Assembly (NCBI RefSeq): GCF_963921235.1
Contig: NC_086109.1
Span: 68,076,001-68,140,000 of the forward strand
Length of the DNA: 64,000 bases
From: Mobula hypostoma
Lineage: Eukaryota
Direction of reading: 5' to 3'
Below are positions 51,079 through 63,639 of this stretch, in pieces (position 1 is the first letter of the stretch; every line of letters starts with the position of its first letter). A program made the translations under genes and the position numbers. The notes beneath the pieces were generated by a model that saw nothing but the letters and a program-made list of their open reading frames with translations, searched no databases and had not been told where the DNA came from.

Positions 51079-53959
51079 TACCTATTCCTAGAGATGCTGC
51101 CTGGCCTGCTGTGTTCACCAGCAACTTTGATATGTGTTACATAATGACCAGACAGGTTTTATACAACAACGCCAAACACGAGACAATATACGAAGGACAC
51201 TTCACATTATGGATCATATTAAAAAAATGAAATTGAAGCAATAGTGATAAGTGTGGACACTGAAAAGGCATTTGGTTCGGTTAACTGGAATTTTCTTTAC
51301 AGAATTTTATATAGGTTTGGTCTACATGACAATTATTAAAACTATACAGGCACTATATGATAATACTACTGCCAAGATTAAAATCAATGGATATTTATCT
51401 AATAGTTTTACCCTAGAAAGGGGCACGAGACAGGGCTGTGCATGGCCACTGCTACTCTTCGCATTATATCTGGAACCATTAGCTCAATACATCAGACAAA
51501 ATGAAAATATCAGGGGAATTACTATTAAAGGGACAGAGCATTAATTAGCCTGTTACGCGGATGACACTTTGATCTGTCTAGGGCAACCAACATACTGTTT
51601 ACCTAAATTGATGCAACTCTGAACAATATGGCCAATTATCAGGATATAAGATCAACATAGATAAAACCCAACTACTTTCATATAACTATAGGCCACCAAG
51701 AGAAATTGAAAGTAGATATCCTTGGGCATGGCAAACAGAATCCATCAAATATTGGGGCATCATGATGCCAAAAGATTTGGCAAAATTATCAGAGTGCAAC
51801 TATCAGCATATATATAAAAAAATTAAGGAAGATATAACAAGATGGAACCTAATTCCTTTTCTTGGTCTCAGTTCAAGGATTGAATCTATTAAAATGAATA
51901 TACTGCCCAGACTACTATATCTCTTTCAGACCCTACCAATAGAGATTAATCAAAATCAATTCAATGAATGGAATAAGATGCTATCAAGCTATATATGGCA
52001 AGGTAAAAGGCCTAGGGTTTGTCTCAAAACTTTGCAATTAGCCAAGGAAAAGGGGGGGGTGGGGCCTACCTTCTCTTAGAGATGATTATTTTTCAGCACA
52101 GTTGAGAGCCGTGATATGCTGGTGCAACCCATCATGTGGCGCTCAATGGAAAAACATTGAGGAGAGGATACCTTCCATCCCATACAAGCAATTTTGGCTG
52201 ATAACAACCTACAACATAAATAATATTGACAACCCGTGGGTGAAATGGACTCTTAAAATATGGAAAACTATTACAAAAGAATATAAACGAGAGAGAGACA
52301 TTGCAATTCTTAAATGGTGTGCATATGACTCAGATTTTACGCCGAATAAACTGGATGCTAGATTTAAGGACTGGACAGCTAAAGGAATAACAGCTATTTG
52401 CAATATAATGAAAGAAGCAACACTGTTCAGTTTTGAAATGCTCAAAGAGAAACACTTATTAGAAAAACAAGACTTTTACCACTATTTACAGATGTAATGG
52501 TATGTTAATAGAATGGTTAAAAATGTAACCAAGGCAAGTACATGCCTGATAGAGCTATTTAGAAAATAATAGCTCTATAATTCAGACAACGGTAGTAGAA
52601 TAATTTCAAGTGTTTATAAGGCTTTGTCAAATCTTAAAACACATTCGACTTCATACATTAAAACAAAATGGGAGAAGGAAGGAGGGATAATAATATCTGA
52701 GGAAGACTGGACAATAATATGGAGGTATCAATGGAAGTGTACCAGTTCACAGAAATGGAGGGAGTTTGGGTGGAAAAACTTAATAAGATATTTTATTACA
52801 CCCTCTCAGAAATCCCATTATAGTAGTAACTCCCCTGCTTGCTGGAGAAATTGTGGAAATCAAAATGCAAATGATTATCATATTTTCTGGGAATGCCCCG
52901 TTATCAAAGATTATTGGAGTGGGATACATAATGCCCTACAAGACATCTTTAAATGTGAAATACCCTTAGAGAGTAAGACCATATATTTTGGGTATATACC
53001 TCAAGAATGGTTGAAAATAGATAAATATTTAATGAATGTACTGCTGGTGGCTGGTAAAAAGACCCTTACCAGGAAATGGTTATCTCAGGAGAACCCAACT
53101 TTAAATGTATGGATGGAAATTACAATGGACATTTACAAAATGGAGAAGATAACAGCATCTGTTAATCATAAGTTGGAACAATTTTATTCATACTGGAAAA
53201 ATGGTTTAACTATATAACACCTCATAGGCCTGATTTTATTCTCACAAGTCAATGAATATGTTGTAAAAAAAATCACTCCCTACTCTGTACATAGTTTTCT
53301 TCTTTCAATTATTCTTTCTTTCCTCTCCTTTCTGTAAGTGTACACCTCAGATAAATATTATGTGATTTGTGACAAATATGATTATGTGATATATATGTAC
53401 AGTATCTGAAATACATCTTATGGAAATTTTTGTTTGATGATGAAATTCAATAAAGAATAAATTACAAAAAAAATCTGGTGGTATGGTTTATATTCACTTA
53501 TGCACATTTTTTTCATGAGGTTAAACATAAAGTCAATAGATTTAATTTCTGTGACTTTAGGAAGCATGAAATAAGCTGATTTCTGACTGTGATCACATAC
53601 AAGCATATACGTATTTGGGGAGTTGACAGACTGATCAGCAAATTAAATGCTATATTGGTTTATAATTGTCATATTAGAATCAGATTCATTATAACTGACA
53701 TATGATGTGAAATGTGTTACTTTGTGCACACAAATACAGTGCAAAGATCATTAATTACAATAACTTATAAAAATAAATGACTAAACCGTGAAATTAAAAA
53801 TAAAGAGTAACAGGGTAGTGTCCATGGGTTCATGGAACGTTCAGAAATTTAGGGGTAGAGTTAAGACAAATGGAGATTTGTAGGAATCAGTGTATCAAGC
53901 AATTGGAGAACATGGGTATGAGTTGGGTAGGGTGAAGGGGATAGATACCATTATATAGC

Positions 53960-54237
53960 TTTTTTTAATTTATTGAGATACAGCATGGAATAGGTACTTC
54001 AGGTGCCACTAAGCAACCCCCGATTTAACCCTAGCCGAAACATGGGACAATTTACAATGACTAATTAACCTACCAACTGGTGGGTCTTTGCACTGTGGGC
54101 TGAAATGGGAGCACCCGTAGGAAACCCACACTGTCACGGGGAGAACGTACAAACTCCTTGCAGGCAGTGGCGGGAATTGAACCTGGGTCGCCTGTACTTG
54201 TAGGGCTTTGTACTAATCACTGTGCTACCATGATGCC
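53960..54237 (-). mobile_element. V-SINE, near full length
   Basis: A-box-like ggtagcacagtg, B box ggttcaattccc, V-domain ggagtttgtacgttctccccgtgac. Confidence 0.85.
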
Positions 54238-54584
54238 AATGTAGGGGAAAGGAGAAAAATTATTAAAAGAACCTGCCTTAGTGCATGTCTGGCCTTTTGT
54301 TGTGAAATTGCCCAATGACATATGCACTGCAGATCATTTCCTAAAACCCACAGTAATATTCTGAATGAGAAGGTTAAGAGTCTACACATATTTGACACAG
54401 AAAGTGCATCATCCCTGCAAGAGTATTTTGTGATTGAAGGTGCTCTTATCAATTTCTGGAATAGTGAGATCTGATTTGAATGTCATTGCATTGCAGTCCA
54501 GTCTCCAAACAGGCAATTTTAAGAGCAGGAAGCTGAACTCAGCTCCAGGGTCTTTGGCTCATATGTCTTAGCTTTCTGACAACA

Positions 54585-54713
54585 CTCTGGTAGTGCAGCA
54601 GTTAGCAGAATGCTCTATTACAGTGCCAGAGTCCCGTGTTCAATTCCACAGTTGTCTGTAAGGAGTTTGTACATCCTCCCCATGACCACATGTATTTCCT
54701 CAGGGTGCTCTGA
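54585..54713 (+). mobile_element. V-SINE 5' fragment
   Basis: tggtagtgcagcag...gttcaattcc...aaggagtttgtacatcctccccatgacc. Confidence 0.8.
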
Positions 54714-56469
54714 CCAAAAACTATTAAAACAGTAATTTTTAATGGCTATGTCATGACTAGGAGAGTTAGAGCTTGAAATGTAGAAATCACTACAAGATAG
54801 TTTATAGATATATTAAAAAATTAAAGTGGTGCAGAATGCAAAGGGATTAAAGTTTTGACAAAGACTATACATTGTACTCCAGGTATAGTCACATCAAAGC
54901 CCAAAGGCAAAACTACCTTACTTTTTTATTTCCATTCCTCTTATAATAAAAGCCAACGTGGTGATTGTTCTCATTCTATCTGCATGCTAACTTCCAGTGT
55001 TTTTGTACAAGGACATCAGACTTTCTATAAACACCATAATTCAATATTATAGGTTATTTAAATGCTATTATCTTTATTCTTCCTAGCAAGGTAGACAAAA
55101 CAGTTATTCACAGTATACTCCATCTGCTATAAGTTTGCCTGCTTAGTTAACCTGTCTATATCCCTTTGTAGACCATATGTGTCCTTACAACTTTCCCACC
55201 TATCAGTGTGTCATCAGAAAGCTTTAATATTTTTTCATCTAAAAGATAATATTAGATTGTAAAATGTTGAAGCCCTGAAATGACCTGTATGACAGTTCAC
55301 AGGTTTATTTTTGCTAAGCTTAAATTTACCTCTTAATTCATAATCTCTGCTTTCCATCATGTTAATATAAGAGGCTCAATAATATGTGCCCCTGTGTAAC
55401 AGTGACCTATGTGATAGCTTATTAAATAGATTCTGGAAATTTAAGTCCACTATATCTACTAGTTTTCCATTATTGATAATGTACATCCAGTTACATATTC
55501 AATAAACTCAACTGAATGTATGCCAAATTCAATTTTGCTTTCAAAAGGCCATATCAAGTTCACCTGACTCCTATTGACTATTTCTTAATTAAGGATTCCA
55601 ACATCAACCTCATGGTGGATGTTAGGAAACTTCACCTATAGTTCCCTGTTTCCTCTTGGAAAATCAAACAGTAATATTAATTAAGCACTGTTATTTTTAG
55701 AAAAAAAAATTACAGGAAATGGGTAGTGCTGGCAAGACCAGCATTTATCATTCATCTCTATTTGCTCTCAAGAATTTGGTGATGAGCTGTCTTGAACTGT
55801 TGAATCAATAGACAGCTAAAGTATTAATTTTTTCATCACTAGCTTTCATCTGGTACTTCGCCAATGGCAGAATTTATGAATTTGGTCCAAGGTAATGTTT
55901 GTCACTGCCGTTGTTAAAGTAGGTGAATCAATGTGCAGGATTTATTTTGGTTCTACTGCAAATAGTCTCTGGCAGAATGAGCCTTCTTGACTATTGCACC
56001 AAGTGTAATGATGTTTTACTTGGCTCTGTAATGCAGTGTAGGTGCTGGCAACCACAGGCCCCATTGAAAACAGATTGGTCACAGCTGTAACAGGCTGTGA
56101 TTTAAGCTCAGAAATTGGAACACAGGCACATGATATTTAGGCTTGATGAACTTGTGCATCAGTTCAGTGGGAATCACTATAGAATTTGATGGAATTAACT
56201 TTTAAATATGCGTTAGAACATTTATCTCCTTGCTACCTTTAAAACATTTCTTTCCATTTCCAATAAACGCCCATTGAGACAACTGACTACAGTGGAATTA
56301 CCCTAACAAACGTCATTGGGAAGATATTAGAATCTGTCACTGAAGATGAGATTATTAATGAGAAATTGAACTGACAAATTAATTTGAAAATGTTACTACA
56401 ATTGTGAACCATAGGAACCAGATGATGTAATATCTTTGAATTCCAAGTATTTTTATAGCCATCAATAAT

Positions 56470-56507
56470 TACTGCACTTGATCTTAGCCGAAAGGCCAAG
56501 AAGCAAG
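56470..56507 (-). pseudogene. RNU2: U2 snRNA 5' fragment (nt ~1-38) retrocopy
   Basis: Minus strand cttgcttcttggcctttcggctaagatcaagtgcagta vs vertebrate U2 atcgcttctcggccttttggctaagatcaagtgtagta: 33/38 identical. Confidence 0.92.
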
Positions 56508-56724
56508 ATGCTGGCCGGCGGTGTAGTGGCATCAGCACCAGACTTTGAGGTGAGTTGTCATGGGTTCGAATCTGGCCAGCTCCTTTGTACACGTTCGATC
56601 TGTGCTGGGCTGAGTGTCGAGCTAGCAACACAGCCTTGTAAAAAACAGAAAGATGCTAAAGAAAAGGCAAGGTTGCCATCTGAGGTGCCACCTGATGCGC
56701 CCCCAGGCACAGAAAAGAACAACA
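56508..56724 (+). mobile_element. tRNA-derived SINE with RTE-like (AAC)n tail
   Basis: A box CGGTGTAGTGG (56519-56529), B box GGTTCGAATC (56563-56572), tail gaacaaca; TSD aataatta shared with the U2 fragment. Confidence 0.85.
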
Positions 56725-56734
56725 AATAATTAAA

Positions 56735-57960
56735 AAGAACATGGAACCAGTAGTATATTCAACCCTTGATGATCATTTACATTCAATGGTCTATTCTAGC
56801 ATTCTCCCTCAATCCTTTGATCCCTCTCATCTTTAAAAAAATCTAACTCCTTCCTGACGATATTTAATGATTTGCTTCCATTACTTTCCATGGTAGAGAA
56901 TTCCACAGCTTCACCACCTTCTGGGAGAAGAAGTTTCTCCTCTGGCTTACATCACTTAGCCAATATCCTTAGATGTTAACCCTTACCTGGACTTTGCACC
57001 ACCAGGAACATTCTTCCTACATTTTGATTAGCTTGTTCATATTAGAATGTTGTAGGCTTACTTGAGATCCCCTCTAATTCGAGTTAACTTGATCGAACAC
57101 AAGCCTAAATGACCCAATTTCTTTTCATATGTACACCCTGCCATCCCTGGAATCAGTCTGGTAAACCTCTGCTGCACTCTCAATAGTGAGAACATTATTC
57201 CTCATATAAGGCAAGCAAAACTCTCCATGATACTCACAGTGTGGTCTCACTAAAGCCCTTTATAAGTGCACCAGGACACAATTGCTCCTCTATTCAAACC
57301 TTCTTGCTATGAAGGCCAAAGTACAATTTGCCTTTTTAGTTGCCCACTATACATACTTACCTCCGGCAACAGGTAGATGAAAGCTCCCAGGTCTCATTGC
57401 AGTCCCCCTTTTTTAAACTGTTACCATTCAGTTGATAATCTTCCTTCCTGCCATTATCATCAAAATGAAATACCCCACATCATACTACATATACTGTGTA
57501 ACTAACCACTCCCTCAACCTCTGTCCTAATTTACTCTTTCTCCTCAAACTCACTCTGCTGTCCTGTTCTATGTCATTTACAAAATTGCATCCGTATTGTA
57601 CTGTCTCAGTACTTTTATATTTGTGTGCTGTAGCACTTTTTTTATTCGCAGTTATTTTGTAAATAACACTAGTCTTTGCAGTTCTGGTCAGATGCTAAAT
57701 GCATTTCATTTGCTTTGCATCTGTACTCGGCACAATGACAATCAAGTTGAATGTAATCTAATCTAATCTAAAATTGGATACATTTCACTTGACTCCCTTG
57801 TCAAGTCATTAATATACTCTATATCATGAATAGTTGGGGTTCTATATCTGTTGTACCCCACTAGTCACTGCTGGCCACTCAGTAAAGGATCTATTTATTC
57901 CTACTGTTTGGATCCTGTTGACCAACCAAGATTCTGTCCACGTCAGCACCTTGTCCCCAG
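56735..57960 (-). mobile_element. Old CR1 fragment with nested Rex/Babar-type 3' UTR (about 57588-57770)
   Basis: tactcacagtgtggtctcactaaagcc (RPHCEY), agagaattccacag; the nested piece ends (AATCT)n with aaaattg on both sides. Confidence 0.75.
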
Positions 57961-58339
57961 ACCCCTACTCTTTAATTTTACATGGTAAACTCTGATGTAT
58001 TTGCTGCAATTAGCTAATAACTGAGAGAGGAAGAGATACGTAGGCAGTAGTAGGTGGACAATCATGTGAGGAGGCATAGGATTAGAATAGACATTGCTGT
58101 AGAACAATTGACCAATTGTCTCTTTCTGTACTGCAAGCTTCTCAGCAATTCCATCCATCTTGACTGAAAGACATCCAGTACATATCAAAATCATTGGTCA
58201 CAACAGTGGACTTTTATCTTATGGGTCAGTAAATATTGCAATCAAATAACAATACATCCTTCACAAAAATAAGTAGTATTGTACATGTAATTTTGTTAAC
58301 ATGTTAACATGTTAATTTTACTTTCTGCAAGAATTTGTT

Positions 58340-58860
58340 AGTTTCAATGTTATTTCATCAAATGGTTCCATTTTAATATCAGGGAATCTATATAGTATAC
58401 AACCAGAACTTTTTACTCTTTGCAGACATCCATGAAAACAGAAGAAATTCCCAAAGAATGAACCACAGAAAAATACTGGAACTCCAAAGCCCCTCTTCCC
58501 CCACCCCACACACAAGCAACTGCATTACATCAACCTCCCTCTCTCCCTCTTACCAATTACAGCAGAAAACATCAGAGCCCACTGCCCACCAAGCAAAAGC
58601 AAAGCCCCCAAAGACAGACCATGATCTGCAGTTAACAAAAACTATTGTTTACCCGACAGTTCGACATGCCACAGGCTCTCTCCCTCCCTAACAAGTAACA
58701 GGGAGGAGTCATCCATTTCACAGCAAAAGAGAAGACTAACAAACAGTCGCTGTTATGATGTTACATTTTAATCTGCCACAACGCTTTTTATTCTGAGATT
58801 CTCCAACTCAAGAATCAGTAGCAAACTCTTCCCACCATCGAGAGAAAGACCACTCTCTGG
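58340..58860 (-). mobile_element. Non-coding retroposon family D
   Basis: Tail ctgatattaaaatggaaccatttga and body resemble 62738-63105. Confidence 0.6.
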
Positions 58861-59569
58861 TCTTATCTATTCATTTGAAGAAAATTTGTGGAATAAGAAT
58901 AGTAAAACCACCAAAGAATGCACACAAGCAAATTTTAGCCAGTACTATAAAGAAAATGCAGCCACATCAAACTCCAGTAGGATGCCCTTGTGAAATTAAT
59001 ATTGCTTGAATACTTGAACACAAAGCCCTCAGTCTGCAACATTTTCTTCTACACCAGTGTACCAGCGTAGGAGGAGTTCAAGAGCATAACTTGAAAAGTA
59101 AGTCATATTTACAATTGGTTACCACGAAAAGGTAATTCACTGGGGCTTTGGAAATCATACATATGTGTACATTTATAACCGGAATAATTAAGGCACTGAA
59201 ACTTTGATTTTTTTTTGTTCTGATATTGATTTTACAGAGCCCTATTTTTCTAATGTTTTACTTACTCATAAGGAATTAACAGCCATGGTTGAAGCCCACA
59301 GCTAAATCATTTTACCAGTTCCAATAGACTTAGATTTAGATTTTCCCCCAGTATGGAGACCATAAGCATAAGATCATCACTAATAAATCTGGAAAGGAAT
59401 TCAGTAGATTTGAAATTCACCACCACATGAAGTAATTTAAACACATGTTGGCTCCATTAAACAATAAAGGGAATGTGAAGAAGGGAGAATGGAATGAAGG
59501 GTATATTGATACTGTTGGATAAAAAAAAAAGAATGAACAAAGACTCATGTGAAGCTTAAACATAAGCTG

Positions 59570-60985
59570 GTGTGAATTGGAATTGGAATTAGAATTGGGT
59601 TATTATTGTCACATGTGCCAAAATACAGTGTAAAGTTTGTCTCGCATACCACTCATACACATCAGGTTGCATTGAGGTTGTTACATACCCCGTAACTGGG
59701 TTGCCAAACCAGCAGAAATGGACCACTTAGTTGGAGTCTGGTTTACTAGAAACTAATGAAGTTTTATTAAAGAAATAAGTAACACAGTACTCTAATCGTA
59801 AGGATATAAATGCAACAGGTTAGCAATAATAAAACACACATGTACACAGAACTAGGGTAATAGGAATCAATCAAGCTCTTTTGTAGTCTAGGGGTAAAAT
59901 GATCAGTCTCAAGTGACGCAGAGTTCAGTTCAGCTTAGTACAGTTCGCAGTAATCGCTGTTGTGCCGTTGGAGAGAGAGAGAGAATGTAAATTTTGATTC
60001 AAACAGACCTTTGATGTTCTTCGCAGTTAGCTTTCGGGCGAACCCTCTTATATCTTCTCTGGTCACCGACTGTGACCCCTCCGTTCCGGATACGACCGTT
60101 CTTCTGCGGTGAACCCGGCACCCAGGCAAGGGCGGACACACACACCAGGTTCTCACCGATTGTCCCTTTCCACCCCGTGCGTCTATGGTCGGTTCCCACG
60201 ACCAGACCTCCAAACTCTCACCAACTTGTGGGGGCACACCGCTCTTCCAGGGTCTCGTTATCTCGTGATCTCGTGGTGTGTGTCGTGCCTTAGCGTACCT
60301 GTTCTTTTTATCCCCCTGCTGGGGTATCGCCTGTCCATCAAACTTCAAACAGTTCAGGTTCAAAGCAACCAGTCTGTTAATACTCGGAAATGTGTTTCTT
60401 CTCTCTTCTCTCTTATTAGCATTTTGAATGTTTCTCCATTGTCTCCCTTATCTCTCTCATCAGCATCAATCTTCTGATAACTTGGTTTGTCATCACAAGG
60501 TAGATCAAGGTAAAACAATAACAATGCAGAATAAAGTGTAAACTTTTAGAAGAGGAAGTGTAGTGCAGGTAAACAATAAAGTATCGGATCATAACGAGGT
60601 GGATTGCAAAATCAAAGTCCAGTTGTGATCTGTTGCTTTTACACTTTATTCAAAGATTATCTTTGAATAGAGTGCAAAAGCAACAGAGAAAGTGCCAGAT
60701 CATAATGAGGTAGATTGTGAGGTCAAGAAAACATTTTATCATACTAGGGAACCATTTAATAGTCCTTTAACAGTTCTTTGAGCCTGGTGATACTTGCTTT
60801 CAGGCTTTTGTTTCTTCTGCTCAACAGAAGAGAGAAGAGAGAATGTCCGAGATGGGAGGGGTCTTTGATTATGCTGGCTGCTGTACAGCGGCAGTGGAAA
60901 GTACTTCCAGAGTCCATGGGGAGAAGCTGGTTTCCGTGGTATGCTGAGCTGGGTCCACAACTCTCTGCAATTTCTTGTGATCATT
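59570..60985 (-). mobile_element. Rex1/Babar-type 3' end hosting a solo LTR
   Basis: (GAATTG)n tail at 59574; frameshifted DPSHLGHSLFSLL-like remnant at 60780-60870. Confidence 0.7.
59679..60497 (-). mobile_element. Solo LTR (819 bp)
   Basis: TGT...ACA termini; exact 4-bp TSD aggt (59675-59678, 60498-60501); AATAAA on the minus strand; CpG-rich, so young. Confidence 0.92.
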
Positions 60986-61463
60986 GACAGCAATATAAAG
61001 TCTAGAGCCTACAATAAGCTCTCTTGTACCACTTTTTTTTTTCGGTGAATTTTATCTAAAACACCAAGCCTCCTAGCAATAGGATTAGACACCTACTGAC
61101 AGTGGAGAGTCCACCCATGATGGCCAGCAGCACCCACTAGACTGAACCCTTGCCAACTACTCTGTTCTACTCTAATTACACTCATTGCCATTTATTTTTG
61201 TGCACAAATTCCACCTAAATACTATTCCCTTGAGTTAGATTGTAACCCAACTTGAAGATGAACCCATGTTACATCTGTGTATATTTCATGTTAGTACTAA
61301 TGTTTTCCTGGAATCCTTCATAAACCAATGACATTGACGGTTTCACACTACATGATTCCACCTTGCTATTATAAAGTGGGACTTTTGATTGTAATTTGTT
61401 GCTTTCTTTAAACACTCACTGTGTGACTAGGGCTTTCTTGTAATGGTGTATATGAAAGCAATG

Positions 61464-62064
61464 CTCAGATTCAGATTTATTTATCATGTACATCAAAACA
61501 TTCAGTGATATGCATCATTTGTATTAACAAGCAACACAATCTAGGGATGTGCTGGGGGCAGCCTACAAGTGTAGCCACACAATTTGGCACCAATATTGTA
61601 TGCCAAAAATACTTGGTAGAACAAGGGAGCACATGGCAAAACAGAACACAGCAAGCAACAAAACAACAACAGCAAAATAAGACCCTGTCCTCCCTCCCAG
61701 CCACCCACACACACAGATAGTCCTTCATCTCTAGGAAAAGCCTCCAGCCATTGAGTATCCACTTCCAGACTTCCGATCAACTTCCGGGATCTGATCTTCA
61801 GTATTGACTCCTGGACGAACCAGTGATGGGATCCTGAAATCCAGGCTCAAACTTTGGGCGTACCAACTGACTGCCTCTTGTGCCTCCTCAAGTCTGACCT
61901 CTAATTTCTCCATATCCCTGTCCCTATACTTTAATCTGACCTCTAACATCCCCAATTCCGCTGTCTCTGAACTCTAACCTGACTGCCAACTCCCCTCTCT
62001 GGCCCCAAGATCAACTAAGCCTGAGCCACAGTCTCAATGGAGACGGCAGCTTGGCGCCATGTTG
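61464..62064 (-). mobile_element. Non-coding retroposon family C, full copy
   Basis: Head CAACATGGCGCC; tail gataaataaatctgaatctga. Confidence 0.75.
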
Positions 62065-62737
62065 AAATTATTGGGAAATCTGACAGGTCACCTCTAAGAC
62101 TAACACAATGCTCAGGCATCTTTCAGATTTTGCAGAGTGTGCTGAAACTGACAGTGAATGCTTTCTTCTACATTTAGTCGCAATACCCATTCCATAGAAG
62201 TCACAGTTGTGATACCACTGGCAGCCCTCCCTCAGCATCATGTGCAGTCAAGGCAGGTGAGAGATGCATGAGCTTGTACTGTACTGTTCCTCTCTTTCTG
62301 TAGGACTGTGTTCTGCTTGCAAGTGGCATCACTCTGCTTGTGCAAGGCAACATCTTCTTCATGAATTCCTTTGCTTCTGTGGCACCACAAGCTGCTCAAT
62401 GGAAACAATTCTTTGCACATTGAGACACCATCTGCTTGCTGGTGGCATATTGCTCCTGAACTTCAAGTTCTGTGGTAGAGGGCAGACTTCAACCTGGTTG
62501 CATCTATCAGGTGAGACTGCATAAAAGCAGCAAGATCATATGACTTCCTGGGTCTTATTAGATCCTGGAAGAGCTTGGAAATGGATTCCCTCACCTCCTC
62601 ACCTAGACCGAACTGTGTTCATGATCCGTGTGTGCATCCACACTAGTCTTGTCATAAAGATTTCATCTTCAGACTCCTCATGGTCATTCTCTGGCCAGTG
62701 TGGCTGGGTGGAGCTTGGAAAAAGGGACCCAACAGAC

Positions 62738-63105
62738 TTTTAACATCGTAAATCAGCGAGTTGTTTGTTATGTCTCCTCCCCCCCCCCATTGTGAAACGG
62801 GGACACCCCTTTATCAGGGAGAGAAGGAGAGCCTGTGGCATGTCGTATTATCAGGTGAACGAGTAGTCTTTGGGGTACTGCAAGTCTGTCTCTTTATTGA
62901 TGCTTTGCTGCACGTTTGAGTGCTCAGTGGAGGGTGCTGTTGCTTTTTTGCTGTTAAACTCCAAGTGGATGCATTGAGGGACATTGAGTATTTTTTGTCA
63001 ATATCCTATCTTAGGACACTTCAGTTTTCTTGAGGGATGAATGTCACATGTGTGTATGTGTATACATTTCTCTGACACTAAATGCACCTATTGAAACCTA
63101 TTGGA
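62738..63105 (+). mobile_element. Retroposon family D copy whose middle is replaced by a local 105-bp duplication
   Basis: Tail cctattgaaacctattg; body interrupted at 62948-63052. Confidence 0.65.
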
Positions 63106-63639
63106 TCTCCTGCATCATATTTCCCAGTGTTAAAGTTGTATCTCCCTGTGAAATGTATCTCACTAACTTTACCTGCCCACCCCTTACAGTTCCATTTCCT
63201 GAGGAGGTTCTCTGGATTATCAGATGTAATGTGCACTGTGAACTTTATCAACATCACTTTCACCACACTCCTGGCCTCCCTCCTTTTCCATCTTCTCTTC
63301 TGGGAAGGGCTTATCCCAACACAGTGTAAAGACAAAACAGAAAATAAAGGTGAAATTAACTTTCACTCCTAAGTTTTAAGATAGTCAAAGCAGATATGAT
63401 CAAAATGCTCATAAGCTTTTTGCCCTCAATGCAGAGGTAGTTGGGACTTAATGGTCCTTCTGCTCATAAGATGTGGGACAGTCTCTTGCAGATGTAGGGG
63501 CACTACATGTGCAAGATGACCTCGCTTGTACCACTTGCTGTTAAACTCCAAGTGGATGCATTGAGAGACATTGAGTATTTTTTGTCAATATGCTATCTTA
63601 GGACACTTCAGTTTTCTTGAGGGATGAATGTCACATGTG
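62948..63639 (+). repeat. 105-bp direct repeat (62948-63052 and 63535-63639)
   Basis: Two mismatches, 587-bp offset. Confidence 0.97.

Larger units (their letters stand above)
50377..51137 (+). mobile_element. Penelope-like element insertion: inverted pLTR + GIY-YIG C-terminus + pLTR, 10-bp TSD
   Basis: TSD tacataatga (50367-50376, 51138-51147); ~129-bp inverted arms (50419-50547 / 51009-51137). Internal frame PVATRFNSTSHSHSDMSIHGL...LRLEEQHLIFRLGSLQPDGMNID is a typical PLE endonuclease end. Confidence 0.93.
48689..53255 (+). pseudogene. L1 ORF2p (APE-RT-CCHC), fragmented
   Basis: Consecutive ORF pieces 48689-49228, 49170-49841, 49820-50341, 51251-51544, 51762-52079, 52102-52497, 52624-53217. 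Confidence 0.92.
47101..53469 (+). mobile_element. Full-length L1-clade LINE (decayed ORF1 and ORF2) with 19-bp TSD
   Basis: TSD aaaatctggtggtatggtt (47082-47100, 53470-53488) at a TTTT/AAAA site; AATAAA plus A-tail. ORF1: coiled coil + EGRSRRKNFRIYNVPEG. ORF2: NVNGL, LQETHL, RIDY, KSPGSDG, GTRQGC, YADD (about 51554), CWRNCG..HIFWECP. Confidence 0.96.

Noticed and set aside
56470-56507. Functional U2 gene or Keno/Utopia insertion into U2
   Set aside because: Only 38 nt, no Sm site or PSE, and no retrotransposon sequence follows the U2 3' breakpoint.
56508-56580. Functional tRNA gene
   Set aside because: A/B boxes continue into a SINE body and tail with a TSD; no clean cloverleaf or terminator.
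58293-58316. Self-complementary (TGTTAACA)n stretch
   Set aside because: Short slippage of an AT-rich palindromic 8-mer; no supporting context.
62304-62510. Plus-strand 207-bp exon candidate with good AG/GT sites
   Set aside because: Peptide unrecognisable, no partner exons, and the opposite strand matches the Harbinger relic; cryptic use not excluded.
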